DNA from: Gammaproteobacteria bacterium
GTDB lineage: Bacteria; Pseudomonadota; Gammaproteobacteria; Steroidobacterales; Foliamicaceae
Direction: 5' to 3'
Length of the DNA: 64,000 bases
Assembly (NCBI GenBank): GCA_963665145.1
Contig: OY762064.1
Span: 194,403 to 258,402, forward strand
The position numbers and the translations under genes were made by a program. How positions within the stretch are numbered: the stretch's first letter is position 1; each line of letters begins with the position of its first letter. Positions 34,182 through 42,338 of this stretch are shown here, in pieces. A model generated the notes under the pieces. That model saw only the letters and a program-made list of their open reading frames with translations. It was not told where the DNA came from and searched no databases.

Positions 34182-34232
34182 CCGCTCAGGGAGCCAGGCT
34201 AGTGGCGCCTTCCTGCGGCCTGCGGCAGGCGC

Positions 34233-34569
34233 TTACGAACAGATTTTGGGTTCTGTGCCGAGTGACGCGTCGAGAGAAAAGCTGTTGGCGGGCCAACCCC
34301 CGGCGCAGATGAGTTCCGCTGCCGAGGTAATTGAGAGTTCAGAACGTTTAGATTTCTGGCCGTGTCCTTCCAGCAGGCCCCGCAAGGAAATCTCGCCCGA
34401 GGAATGACCGGCCTCGTAGAGCGACAGCGGGCGCATGCGGAGGCGCGTAAAGCGGACGGCGCCGGTGTGCCGCGATGGGTCGTCGGAGGGTACGGCGGAT
34501 CCTGTCAGGATGAACTGGCCGGCCAGCGAGCGCCGTGTCAACGATTCTATTGAGGTAGTTTGCGGTCAT
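34233..34569 (-). pseudogene. decayed remnant of a COG1373-type AAA ATPase (DUF4143 family) gene
   Basis: Two frames are involved. 'MTANYLNRIVDTALAGR' (from 34569) shifts into '...GQFILTGSAVPS...GAVRFTRLRMRPLSLYEAG' (34541-34233). The ILTGS...GR...PLS.E block is typical of this family. The Walker A region and the C-terminal DUF4143 half are absent. Confidence 0.55.
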
Positions 34570-34929
34570 GGCGCCAGCGTTTTGGAGAATGCAGAAACAA
34601 TAGCCTTGGCAATCCCCGATTGAAAGCTGTAACGGGTAATTTATGGAAAAAAGAAAGAGTAAATAATAGATATAAGAAAAGGTAATTTAGCGAACGGATG
34701 ACAATTTGTTTATCGAAAGGTGACCGAACGAAGCACAATTAGCCTGACATTTGTGGTGGTGAAGGGAAGTAGCGGCAGGAAGCCCGCTTGAGGCGTAACA
34801 TGTATCGTGGCGATCAACGAATTGAAGAGGTCGGGACAGATGACGATCAATCTGTGTGACTTCGTTTCGGTTGCCGGCAAAAGCGTAGCGCCGGGCGCGC
34901 TCAGGCGAAGGTGGTGAAGGGGTACTGAC

Positions 34930-35385
34930 ATGGCAAATTTCACAACCTTGACAGCGAACACGAGGCGCAGCGGCGGCTGCCTGTGCGGTGCGGTACGTTA
35001 CGAGGCCAGGGGGCCGCTCAGGCCGGTGGTCTATTGTCATTGCAGCCAGTGCCGGCGAACGACTGGACATTTCCTGGCGGCCACGGCCGTAGCGAAGGAT
35101 GAGCTGGTCATTGACCCGGACGCCGATCTTTGCTGGTTCGCCTCCTCCGAATCCGCCTCCAGGGGATTCTGCGGGCGTTGCGGTTCCAGTCTCTTCTGGG
35201 TGTCCGAGGCCGAGGACTACATCTGCATCATGGCGGGCAGCCTCGATGATCCTGGCGGAATCGAAGCCGTTGAACATGTCTTTGTCGATGACAAGCCGGA
35301 TTACTATCAACTGAACGACGACCTGCCGAAACACCCGGGAGGCGGCCATCAGGGGTACTGGTTTCGTGGGTCGCGCTCAGGTTGA
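34930..35385 (+). CDS. GFA (glutathione-dependent formaldehyde-activating / CENP-V) family protein
   Basis: 'GGCLCGAVRYEA...VYCHCSQCRRTTGH...FCGRCGSSLFW' are the zinc-binding Cys motifs of the GFA family. Confidence 0.85.
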   Translation: MANFTTLTANTRRSGGCLCGAVRYEARGPLRPVVYCHCSQCRRTTGHFLAATAVAKDELVIDPDADLCWFASSESASRGFCGRCGSSLFWVSEAEDYICIMAGSLDDPGGIEAVEHVFVDDKPDYYQLNDDLPKHPGGGHQGYWFRGSRSG

Positions 35386-35427
35386 TTCGGTCGTAACCCA
35401 CATCGAAAGCCTGGAGAATACCGCCTG

Positions 35428-36240
35428 ATGCGTCCTACGAAAGCTTATGCACCCAGCCGTTTCGGCCAACTGCACTATCGGATTGCGACTCCCGAAGCGG
35501 TATCGCAACCACCGTTGCTGTGCCTGCACCAGACGCCAAGCAACAGTCGTCAATGGGAACCCATCCAGCCGTTTCTGGCAAAGGACAGGGCGGTCATTGC
35601 CGCCGACACCCCGGGTTATGGCATGAGCGACCCGCCGCCCGAACCGCTTGAAATCGCGGACTACGCTGACACGATGTTCAGTTTCATGGAGCACCTGGCC
35701 AGCCGTGGGATCGTTGCGCCGGGTCCTTTCGATGTAATGGGATATCACACGGGCTCGATCACCGCCACCGAAATGGCGCGCCGGGAAAGGCAGCGGGTTC
35801 GGCGTTGCGTATTGTTTGGCCTGGCGGCGTACCCGGACGACGTTCGCGGCGAGAGACTCGACCGACTGAGCGAACGTTTTCCCCCGCCCGACCGCACGCT
35901 TCGTCATGTCGAAAAACTCTGGTCACTCATTGGCGAGCTGGCAGACCCTGGAATTCCAGCCGAAGAACTTCATGTCGGCATGGCCGACGCTCTGCGACTG
36001 GGAAAGCGGCTCCCGTGGGGATATATCGCTGTCTATCGCTATGATTTCCTGGGCGCCATGGCTGAAGTCAGCCAACCGGTGCTTGTTCTCAACCCCGAGG
36101 ACGACCTGTGGGCCGTGACCCACCAGACCTCGCACCTTTTCAGGAACGGACGGCGTATCGACATCCCGGGCGTTTCCCACGGTGTTCTTACTATTCGGCG
36201 CGACTATCTCGTCGAGGAGATTGAGCGCTTCCTGAGGTAA
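35428..36240 (+). CDS. alpha/beta-fold protein, type A (His at nucleophile-elbow position)
   Basis: 270 aa. 'PPLLCLHQTPSNS', 'PGYGMSDPPP', the elbow 'VMGYHTGS' (His107, codon 35746-35748) where GxSxG is expected, and a C-terminal 'GVSHGV'. Confidence 0.8.
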   Translation: MRPTKAYAPSRFGQLHYRIATPEAVSQPPLLCLHQTPSNSRQWEPIQPFLAKDRAVIAADTPGYGMSDPPPEPLEIADYADTMFSFMEHLASRGIVAPGPFDVMGYHTGSITATEMARRERQRVRRCVLFGLAAYPDDVRGERLDRLSERFPPPDRTLRHVEKLWSLIGELADPGIPAEELHVGMADALRLGKRLPWGYIAVYRYDFLGAMAEVSQPVLVLNPEDDLWAVTHQTSHLFRNGRRIDIPGVSHGVLTIRRDYLVEEIERFLR

Positions 36241-37322
36241 TGACCAGGCTGATCAAGCAGCTGGCCATCGTCGCCCTGATTCTGGCGTCAGGCATCGCAG
36301 CATTCGTGTTCGCCGCCCGTGCCGGCCTGTTAACGCCGAGCGAGACTACGCTGCGCGCCCGCTACGGAATGGAGGAATCGCAATTCATGACTGTCGACGG
36401 GCAGACTGTGCATTTCACCGACCAGGGCGAGGGTCCGGTTGTCGTGCTCGTGCATGGCAGCTACGGCAGCTTGCGCAATTGGGAGGAGTGGGTCGAGGCG
36501 TTGACCCCGCGTTACCGGGTCATACGCTTCGACCGTCCGCGCATGGGCCTGTCCGGTCCGGCGCCTGGCGGGCGGACCGGGAGTGAACAGGAAATTCGCG
36601 TTATTGACGTGCTCACGGAAAAGCTTGGGGTAGAGCGCTTCTTTCTGGCGGTGACTTCAAGCGCCGGGGTTTCCGGTACCGCCTACGCCACGGACCATCC
36701 GCAGCGGATACGTGGCCTGATACTGAGCAACATTGCCGTCGGGTCCTATACGGGGCGACCGGAGCGTCCGGCAACCATGCGTTTCCTGCTGGCGATGGAT
36801 TCCTGGTTGAACGGCTGGCGCTCAACCGAATTCTGGCGTCAGGTTCTGCTCATCAATCTCGAGAACGACGAGAAAGTCACGGAAGATCTTGCGCGCGAGT
36901 GGTCGGAACTGAATAACCGGGCTCAGCGCATGCCACCCCCTACCCCAGGCAACCGGGCCGAGCTTTCGCAACGGACTATCGAGGGTCTCGGCCGTATGTC
37001 GGTGCCAACGCTATTGCTCTGGTCCGATAACGACCACGAGCGGCCCGTGGAAATCGTCGGCGGCTACGGCTATGAACTACTGGGGTCGCCGGACAAGGGC
37101 CTGGAGATCGTGGCGAATTGCGGACACATCCTGCCGCTGGACTGCGGATCGGAAAGCGCTCGCAATGCGCTGGCCTTTTCGACCGGCTCACCGCAGCCGA
37201 AGCGGAGTAATCAAGCAATCAGGCGGAAGCGTCGGAGACGAATTCCGCAACCCGCTCGGCCCAGCTCCGGGGATCCAGCATCAGTGAGAAGGAACCGCCC
37301 TCGGAAAAAACCTCCAGGCTGA
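36240..37322 (+). CDS. membrane-anchored alpha/beta hydrolase, type B
   Basis: The ATG overlaps the upstream TAA (TAATG). N-terminal TM 'LAIVALILASGIAAFVF'. 'VVLVHGSYGSLRNW', elbow 'AVTSSAGVSG', 'NCGHILP'. An Arg-rich 40-aa tail is encoded antisense to the next gene. Confidence 0.75.
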   Translation: MTRLIKQLAIVALILASGIAAFVFAARAGLLTPSETTLRARYGMEESQFMTVDGQTVHFTDQGEGPVVVLVHGSYGSLRNWEEWVEALTPRYRVIRFDRPRMGLSGPAPGGRTGSEQEIRVIDVLTEKLGVERFFLAVTSSAGVSGTAYATDHPQRIRGLILSNIAVGSYTGRPERPATMRFLLAMDSWLNGWRSTEFWRQVLLINLENDEKVTEDLAREWSELNNRAQRMPPPTPGNRAELSQRTIEGLGRMSVPTLLLWSDNDHERPVEIVGGYGYELLGSPDKGLEIVANCGHILPLDCGSESARNALAFSTGSPQPKRSNQAIRRKRRRRIPQPARPSSGDPASVRRNRPRKKPPG

Positions 37323-38187
37323 AGTCGGACCGCCGGGCGGCTACCTGCCTGTCCTGCTCGTGAAGGCTGTCGCCGCTGTCCGTAAGAACGCGAACGGGCG
37401 CACGAATCCGGTCCACATCCGCCGCCATATCGTTGGAGAAGACAGCCCGGTAGGTGGGTGTGTCGAAGCCGGCCCACCAGGCGCCCAGCGTTCCCCAGTT
37501 CGCCGTCGAAAGCCCGCGAGGAACGGGCGCGCGGGTGTGTATTGCAGCAAATGTTTCCGACATGTGCGAACCGTCCCCCCGCAGCTGGACCTGCGGCGCT
37601 GCCTGGGCAAGCCTGGACTCACGCTCGGCTGCGCTGTACACCGGACAACCATGGAGCACGACGGAAGCTGTGCGTTCCGGATGGCGGGCCGCGAACGACG
37701 CGGCAATTGCAGCGCCGGTGTGATGCCCGGCCACCGCGACCCGCTCTACGTTCAGGCGCTCAAGCAGATCCACAAGATTGTCGGCAAGGTCTGCGATGGT
37801 TACCGAGTCCGGCGGAGGGTCCGACATCCCGTAACCCGGATTGTCCGGCGCGATCGTGTCAAAACCCATTTCCGCCAGGAGGGGTTGTATGTCAACCCAT
37901 TCGGCCAGGCCGAACGGCGTTTGATGCAGTAACAGGACCGGCGTCTTGCGCTCGCCGCCGGCCTGCCCGCGCAAACGGCGGTAATGCAAGGCGCCCAGCC
38001 GGCACTTGGCATAACCCTTCCCGCCCGCCAGGGCCGAAGCGCCCGTCCATTTCTCTCCTACGCCCGCGTAAGGGGCCTTGCCGGTACTCACTGTTGTTTC
38101 TCCTTTTGCCATTGCCGAGCTTATCCATTGCCCGCGCCCGGCCACCGCGCCGCCGATCAGGCCCCCGATGACCGTTCTGCGACGCAT
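37219..38187 (-). CDS. exported (Tat-like signal) alpha/beta-fold protein, type A' (His at nucleophile-elbow position)
   Basis: 'MRRRTVIGGLIGGAVAG' is a twin-arginine-type leader. 'VLLLHQTPFG', 'PGYGMSDPPP', elbow 'VAGHHTGAA'. Clear paralog of 35428-36240. Confidence 0.8.
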   Translation of the reverse strand: MRRRTVIGGLIGGAVAGRGQWISSAMAKGETTVSTGKAPYAGVGEKWTGASALAGGKGYAKCRLGALHYRRLRGQAGGERKTPVLLLHQTPFGLAEWVDIQPLLAEMGFDTIAPDNPGYGMSDPPPDSVTIADLADNLVDLLERLNVERVAVAGHHTGAAIAASFAARHPERTASVVLHGCPVYSAAERESRLAQAAPQVQLRGDGSHMSETFAAIHTRAPVPRGLSTANWGTLGAWWAGFDTPTYRAVFSNDMAADVDRIRAPVRVLTDSGDSLHEQDRQVAARRSDFSLEVFSEGGSFSLMLDPRSWAERVAEFVSDASA

Positions 38188-38193
38188 CAGGGC

Positions 38194-39651
38194 CTAGAAT
38201 TCAAGCAGCCGTTCGCCCAGCAAACGGCCAAAGACGATGCAAGGCATGACCATCATGCCGCCTACGAAGGCATTGCCCTGAAGTTGCCCGGAACCCAGAA
38301 TCTCGCCGGCGGCGTACAAGCCCGGGATTGCGGCGCCGTCCGGGCGGACGACCTTCAAACTCTCGTTGACCGCAACGCCGACGGTGGAGGATACGGACCC
38401 GCCCTGCTGGCGGATGGCGTAAAACGGGGGCTTATCGATCGATGCGGGCAAATGGGACCGGCCCAGCGCATCCCTGCCCTGCGCGACTCCGGCATTGAAT
38501 TCCGCGACCGTCTTCGCCAGGCGCCCGCCGGGCACGCCGATATCTGCCGCGAGCGATTCCAGGCTGTCGGCCCTACGGAAAACCTCGCAGGTATTGAAAG
38601 CCTCCGCCATCCGTTCTCGTGGCCAGTCATATACGATCGGCGGCGCCTTGCGGAAAATGGAATCGTCGAAAACGATCCAGTAGCGTAACTCCGGCTGGTC
38701 CAGCAGCGCGTGCTCGCGGACATCAATGCTGGGCTCGTCTTCCCTTACGAAGCGCTGTCCATGGGCGTTTACATAGATCTCCCAGGGCAGCCGCGCCTCG
38801 GGGTAGGTATTGGCCCGGCCCAGCATTGCCTTGGGGTACGGTCCGTCCACCAGCAGCCAGCCGAAATTCGAGAGATACTGTTCGCGCCCGCGCAGGTATC
38901 CGCCCGCCGCAACCGCAAGGTCGTAGCCGTCGCCCTGGGCAAATTCATACGCGCCGTTCAGGTATAGCCTGTAACCGCACAGACGCCGGAACATCACAGG
39001 ATTGGCTGCGTATCCGCCGCTGGTCAGCAAAACGTTCTTTCCTGCGGCTGACGATTCCTTGCCCTCTCCATCGATGAGTTCGACGCCGTTCACAATCCCG
39101 TCGCGATCCTGCATCAGGCCCGTCACCCTCGTGCCGGTGAGAACCTTGATACGGCCAAGGGCTTCCTGTTCACGCATCGCCGGCTCCAGCACGTCCAGGA
39201 CCGACTTGCCGAAGTCGTTGCCCCAGTAGTAACGCGCCACCTCATAGCGTTCATGGGCGCTTTCGATGGACGGGCATTGGTCCTGGACGTCGAAACCGCG
39301 CTCCATCATCCAGTCGAAGGCGTCCGCGGCGTTGAAGATGCTCAGCCTTGCAAGCACCGGATCGATCGTGCCGCGGCTGATGCGCATCACCTCTTCCAGG
39401 TGCTTCTCGGGCGAATCCTCGATGCCCTTCTCCGCCTGCAAGCGGGTGCCCGCCGCGCTCATCTGTCCGAAGCTCACCAGCAGCGTTCCGCCTATCTTCT
39501 CCGCCGCTTCGACAAGCAGCACCCGCCCGCCTCGTTTTGCCGCCATGGTTGCCGCCGGCAGCCCCGTCGTTCCGGCGCCAACCACGATCGCGTCCCATTG
39601 TCCGGTTTTCGAATTGCCGCTCACGCCATTCTCCGTGACCAAGTCGTTCAT
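38194..39651 (-). CDS. FAD-dependent oxidoreductase (FAD_binding_2 type; fumarate-reductase/3-ketosteroid-dehydrogenase-like flavoprotein)
   Basis: 'WDAIVVGAGTTGLPAATMAAKRGGRVLLVE' (dinucleotide-binding motif) and a C-terminal 'IPGLYAAGEILG'. Confidence 0.82.
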   Translation of the reverse strand: MNDLVTENGVSGNSKTGQWDAIVVGAGTTGLPAATMAAKRGGRVLLVEAAEKIGGTLLVSFGQMSAAGTRLQAEKGIEDSPEKHLEEVMRISRGTIDPVLARLSIFNAADAFDWMMERGFDVQDQCPSIESAHERYEVARYYWGNDFGKSVLDVLEPAMREQEALGRIKVLTGTRVTGLMQDRDGIVNGVELIDGEGKESSAAGKNVLLTSGGYAANPVMFRRLCGYRLYLNGAYEFAQGDGYDLAVAAGGYLRGREQYLSNFGWLLVDGPYPKAMLGRANTYPEARLPWEIYVNAHGQRFVREDEPSIDVREHALLDQPELRYWIVFDDSIFRKAPPIVYDWPRERMAEAFNTCEVFRRADSLESLAADIGVPGGRLAKTVAEFNAGVAQGRDALGRSHLPASIDKPPFYAIRQQGGSVSSTVGVAVNESLKVVRPDGAAIPGLYAAGEILGSGQLQGNAFVGGMMVMPCIVFGRLLGERLLEF

Positions 39652-39739
39652 TGGGTAGTGGATTCTGGCATATACTGCTCAGCGAATATCCGGCAACCCG
39701 GACGGCGTGCTCAAACCGCATTCTCAAACAGGCTTCGCA

Positions 39740-40708
39740 ATGAATCGAAAACTCTGCCTGGCCATGTTGCTGTTCGCGCTGGCGGTTCCGTCATTTCCCT
39801 GTCCCGCCTTCGCGGACGAATTCGCTGATCGGCGCATTACTCTTGAGTCACTGCGGCAAAAGTATGCCGATCCGGATGGGCGGATCGCAGAAATCGGCGG
39901 GGTTGAGGTCTACTACAAGGATCAGGGCGAAGGCCCGGCCATCCTGATGATCCATGGTTCGCGCAGCACGCTGCGCACCTGGGACCGCATCGCCCCGGCC
40001 CTGGTCGATCGCTATCGGGTGATTCGCTACGACCTGCCGCCCCATGGTCTTTCGGGTTCGGTGTCGGACGAGGCGGCGGAGAGACTTGAACCGGCCAGCT
40101 TTATCGCCGGCCTGCTGAACCACATCGGCGTCGACCAGGTGACCTGTGTTGGAGTGTCCAGCGGCGGCACAACCTGTATGTACTTTGCGGCCACCTACCC
40201 CGATCGGGTGAACAGGCTGATCATGTCGAACTCCCCGTCGGATCCGGTCAGGACCGACCACATGATTCTTACGCCGGAATTCGAGAAAGCACTCGAGGAA
40301 TTCACCGAAACAGGCTTCGAATCGAAATTTTTCATAAACGAATTCCTGACCTACTACAGCGGGGACCCGCGGCGCATCTCGGAGCAGACCCGCCTGGAGT
40401 ACTTTGATTTCAATCGTCGAGTGACGGAGGCCAACTCGACTGCATTGATCGGAATCGTCCAGGACCACGAGAAAGCCAGGAAGGCGATGGCCAGCGTGCG
40501 CGCTCCCACACTGCTGATCTGGGGCGGCCGCGACGCGTTGCTGATCCCGGCGGCAGCCGGCGTGCTCGGCAGCTATCTTGAGAATGCCCAGGTCTCGACC
40601 GTTTTCTTGCCGGACGTGGGCCATTATCCGCCGTTGGAATCCCCGCACAGGTTTGCGAGGATCGTTGCTGCGTACATCGAGGCCGCTACGCCAACCGCTA
40701 CCCTGTGA
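39740..40708 (+). CDS. secreted alpha/beta hydrolase, type B'
   Basis: Start at ATG 39740 gives the signal peptide 'MNRKLCLAMLLFALAVPSFPCPAFA'. 'ILMIHGSRSTLRTW', elbow 'CVGVSSGGT', 'DVGHYPP'. Paralog of 36240-37322 (shared 'DQGEGP', 'RYRVIR.D.P..GLSG'). Confidence 0.82.
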   Translation: MNRKLCLAMLLFALAVPSFPCPAFADEFADRRITLESLRQKYADPDGRIAEIGGVEVYYKDQGEGPAILMIHGSRSTLRTWDRIAPALVDRYRVIRYDLPPHGLSGSVSDEAAERLEPASFIAGLLNHIGVDQVTCVGVSSGGTTCMYFAATYPDRVNRLIMSNSPSDPVRTDHMILTPEFEKALEEFTETGFESKFFINEFLTYYSGDPRRISEQTRLEYFDFNRRVTEANSTALIGIVQDHEKARKAMASVRAPTLLIWGGRDALLIPAAAGVLGSYLENAQVSTVFLPDVGHYPPLESPHRFARIVAAYIEAATPTATL

Positions 40709-40711
40709 AGA

Positions 40712-41710
40712 TTACGCCGCCGCAGCGTTGCGGTTGGCATCGGCCAGAACGCGGGCCAGCAAGCCGGTAAGTCTCACGCCCTCATCGTGTAACACGGCCC
40801 GATTCGGCCTGCCATCGACAGCCAGCAGGAATTCCTGCAGTTGGGCTTCGAATACGGGACGCAGGTCCTTTTGCCCCATTCGCTGAGCGCCTCTTGCATC
40901 TTCACCCATCACGTGCCGGCCATCGACCTGGAGTTCATCACCGTTGTCGATGCGCACGAGCGCGTTTTCGTAATGCAAAGTCTTGCGATCGATGACGAAC
41001 GGCTGGTTGTAGGAAACGTGGATACCGGCGAGACAACCGGCCGGGTAGCGAAGCAGAATCATCGCTTCGTCCTCACCGTGCCATCCGGACTGAAAGCGTG
41101 CGGCCTGGCAATGCACCGTCAACGGGTCCTGCCCGACGATCAGTTGCACGAAGTCCAGCGCATGGGGCGCCAGCAGGGACAGGATCAACCCTTCGTCGGG
41201 CGAGCGAGTACGCCACCAGTCCGCCTGCGGTCCGTCCCAGTGCACGCACAGGGAGACCTCGACCGCCCGAAGGCGCCCGAAGTCGTGGCGATGATCCTGA
41301 ACGTATCGAATGGCGGGCGTATGCCGAAAAGTATGGCCAATGGCAAGTATCCGATTCGACTTCTCGGCGGCGCGCGCCATCCGCTTCGCATCCGCCACAT
41401 TGTCCGCCATCGGCTTTTCCACCAGAACGTGCTTTCCGGCGGATAGCGCCCGGACGGTTTGCTCCGCGTGCAAGGCGTTGGGCGTGCACACGATTACCGA
41501 GTCGATGCCCGGCAACTCCAAGAGTTCGCCCAGGCTCCCGGCAACTGAAGGCACCGCGAATTCTTGCGCCAGACTCTCCGCCCTCGCGCGATCCGGGTCC
41601 GCCACGGCAATCAATTGCGCCTGACCTGGAAGAGCTGCGATCGCCGCGGCGTGGGAAGCTGCGATTCGTCCGCAGCCCAGAATTCCAATTTCGTGAAGTG
41701 CGTGGGTCAT
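40712..41710 (-). CDS. Gfo/Idh/MocA family oxidoreductase
   Basis: Start at ATG 41710. 'IGILGCGRIAASHAAAI' is the N-terminal Rossmann motif and 'VLVEKPMA' is the family EKP motif. Confidence 0.85.
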   Translation of the reverse strand: MTHALHEIGILGCGRIAASHAAAIAALPGQAQLIAVADPDRARAESLAQEFAVPSVAGSLGELLELPGIDSVIVCTPNALHAEQTVRALSAGKHVLVEKPMADNVADAKRMARAAEKSNRILAIGHTFRHTPAIRYVQDHRHDFGRLRAVEVSLCVHWDGPQADWWRTRSPDEGLILSLLAPHALDFVQLIVGQDPLTVHCQAARFQSGWHGEDEAMILLRYPAGCLAGIHVSYNQPFVIDRKTLHYENALVRIDNGDELQVDGRHVMGEDARGAQRMGQKDLRPVFEAQLQEFLLAVDGRPNRAVLHDEGVRLTGLLARVLADANRNAAAA

Positions 41711-41805
41711 GCGAATGCAGTCTAAGTGCTTCTCATGTTTCCAGTGAAATGGACAATAGGCAACATAGACGGGAGAATCCAGCGATTGGCCGGTAAGGGG
41801 GAACC

Positions 41806-42336
41806 ATGAGCGCAAGGACATCGACCAGGAGGGCTTTGATCTCAGCTTCGGGGGCGAGCGCGGCGCTTGCCCTGTTGCTTTCCGGCTGGAGCGGCAATAT
41901 CAGGCCGGAGTTTGCCGAAGGTCAGCCCCCATGGGTGAAGAGGTTCTTCAATCTGTTTACCGACACAAGTGGAGTGGCGCAAATGCGGGAGGTGCCGTTG
42001 ACCGGTCCGGGCACGCAGCCGCCCCATCGACTGATCCGTCATTCTGCCGCCCGCGTAACCGTAGGCTCGATCCCACCCGGATTCATGTACGACTGGCACG
42101 TCGCCGATCAACCCAACATCCTGATCCCGATATTCGGAACCCTCGTGGTCGAATTGCGAGACGAAAGCAGTTACGAGCTTCGCCACGGAGATATTCTTTT
42201 TGCTGAAGACTGCGTCGGAAGCGGTCACAGGTCCGGTGCCGGCCCCGAAGGTCAATTCGGTGTATCGGTACAACTCGACAAGTCATTGTGTCCGGCTGCG
42301 GGCGAGTCCAATCTGGGCCGGCTGCTGACCGATTGA
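41806..42336 (+). CDS. exported hypothetical protein (Tat-like leader; possible cupin fold)
   Basis: 'MSARTSTRRALISASGASAALALL' is a leader. A beta-rich C-terminal half contains 'HGDILFAED..GSGH'. The fold call is tentative. Confidence 0.55.
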   Translation: MSARTSTRRALISASGASAALALLLSGWSGNIRPEFAEGQPPWVKRFFNLFTDTSGVAQMREVPLTGPGTQPPHRLIRHSAARVTVGSIPPGFMYDWHVADQPNILIPIFGTLVVELRDESSYELRHGDILFAEDCVGSGHRSGAGPEGQFGVSVQLDKSLCPAAGESNLGRLLTD

Positions 42337-42338
42337 TC

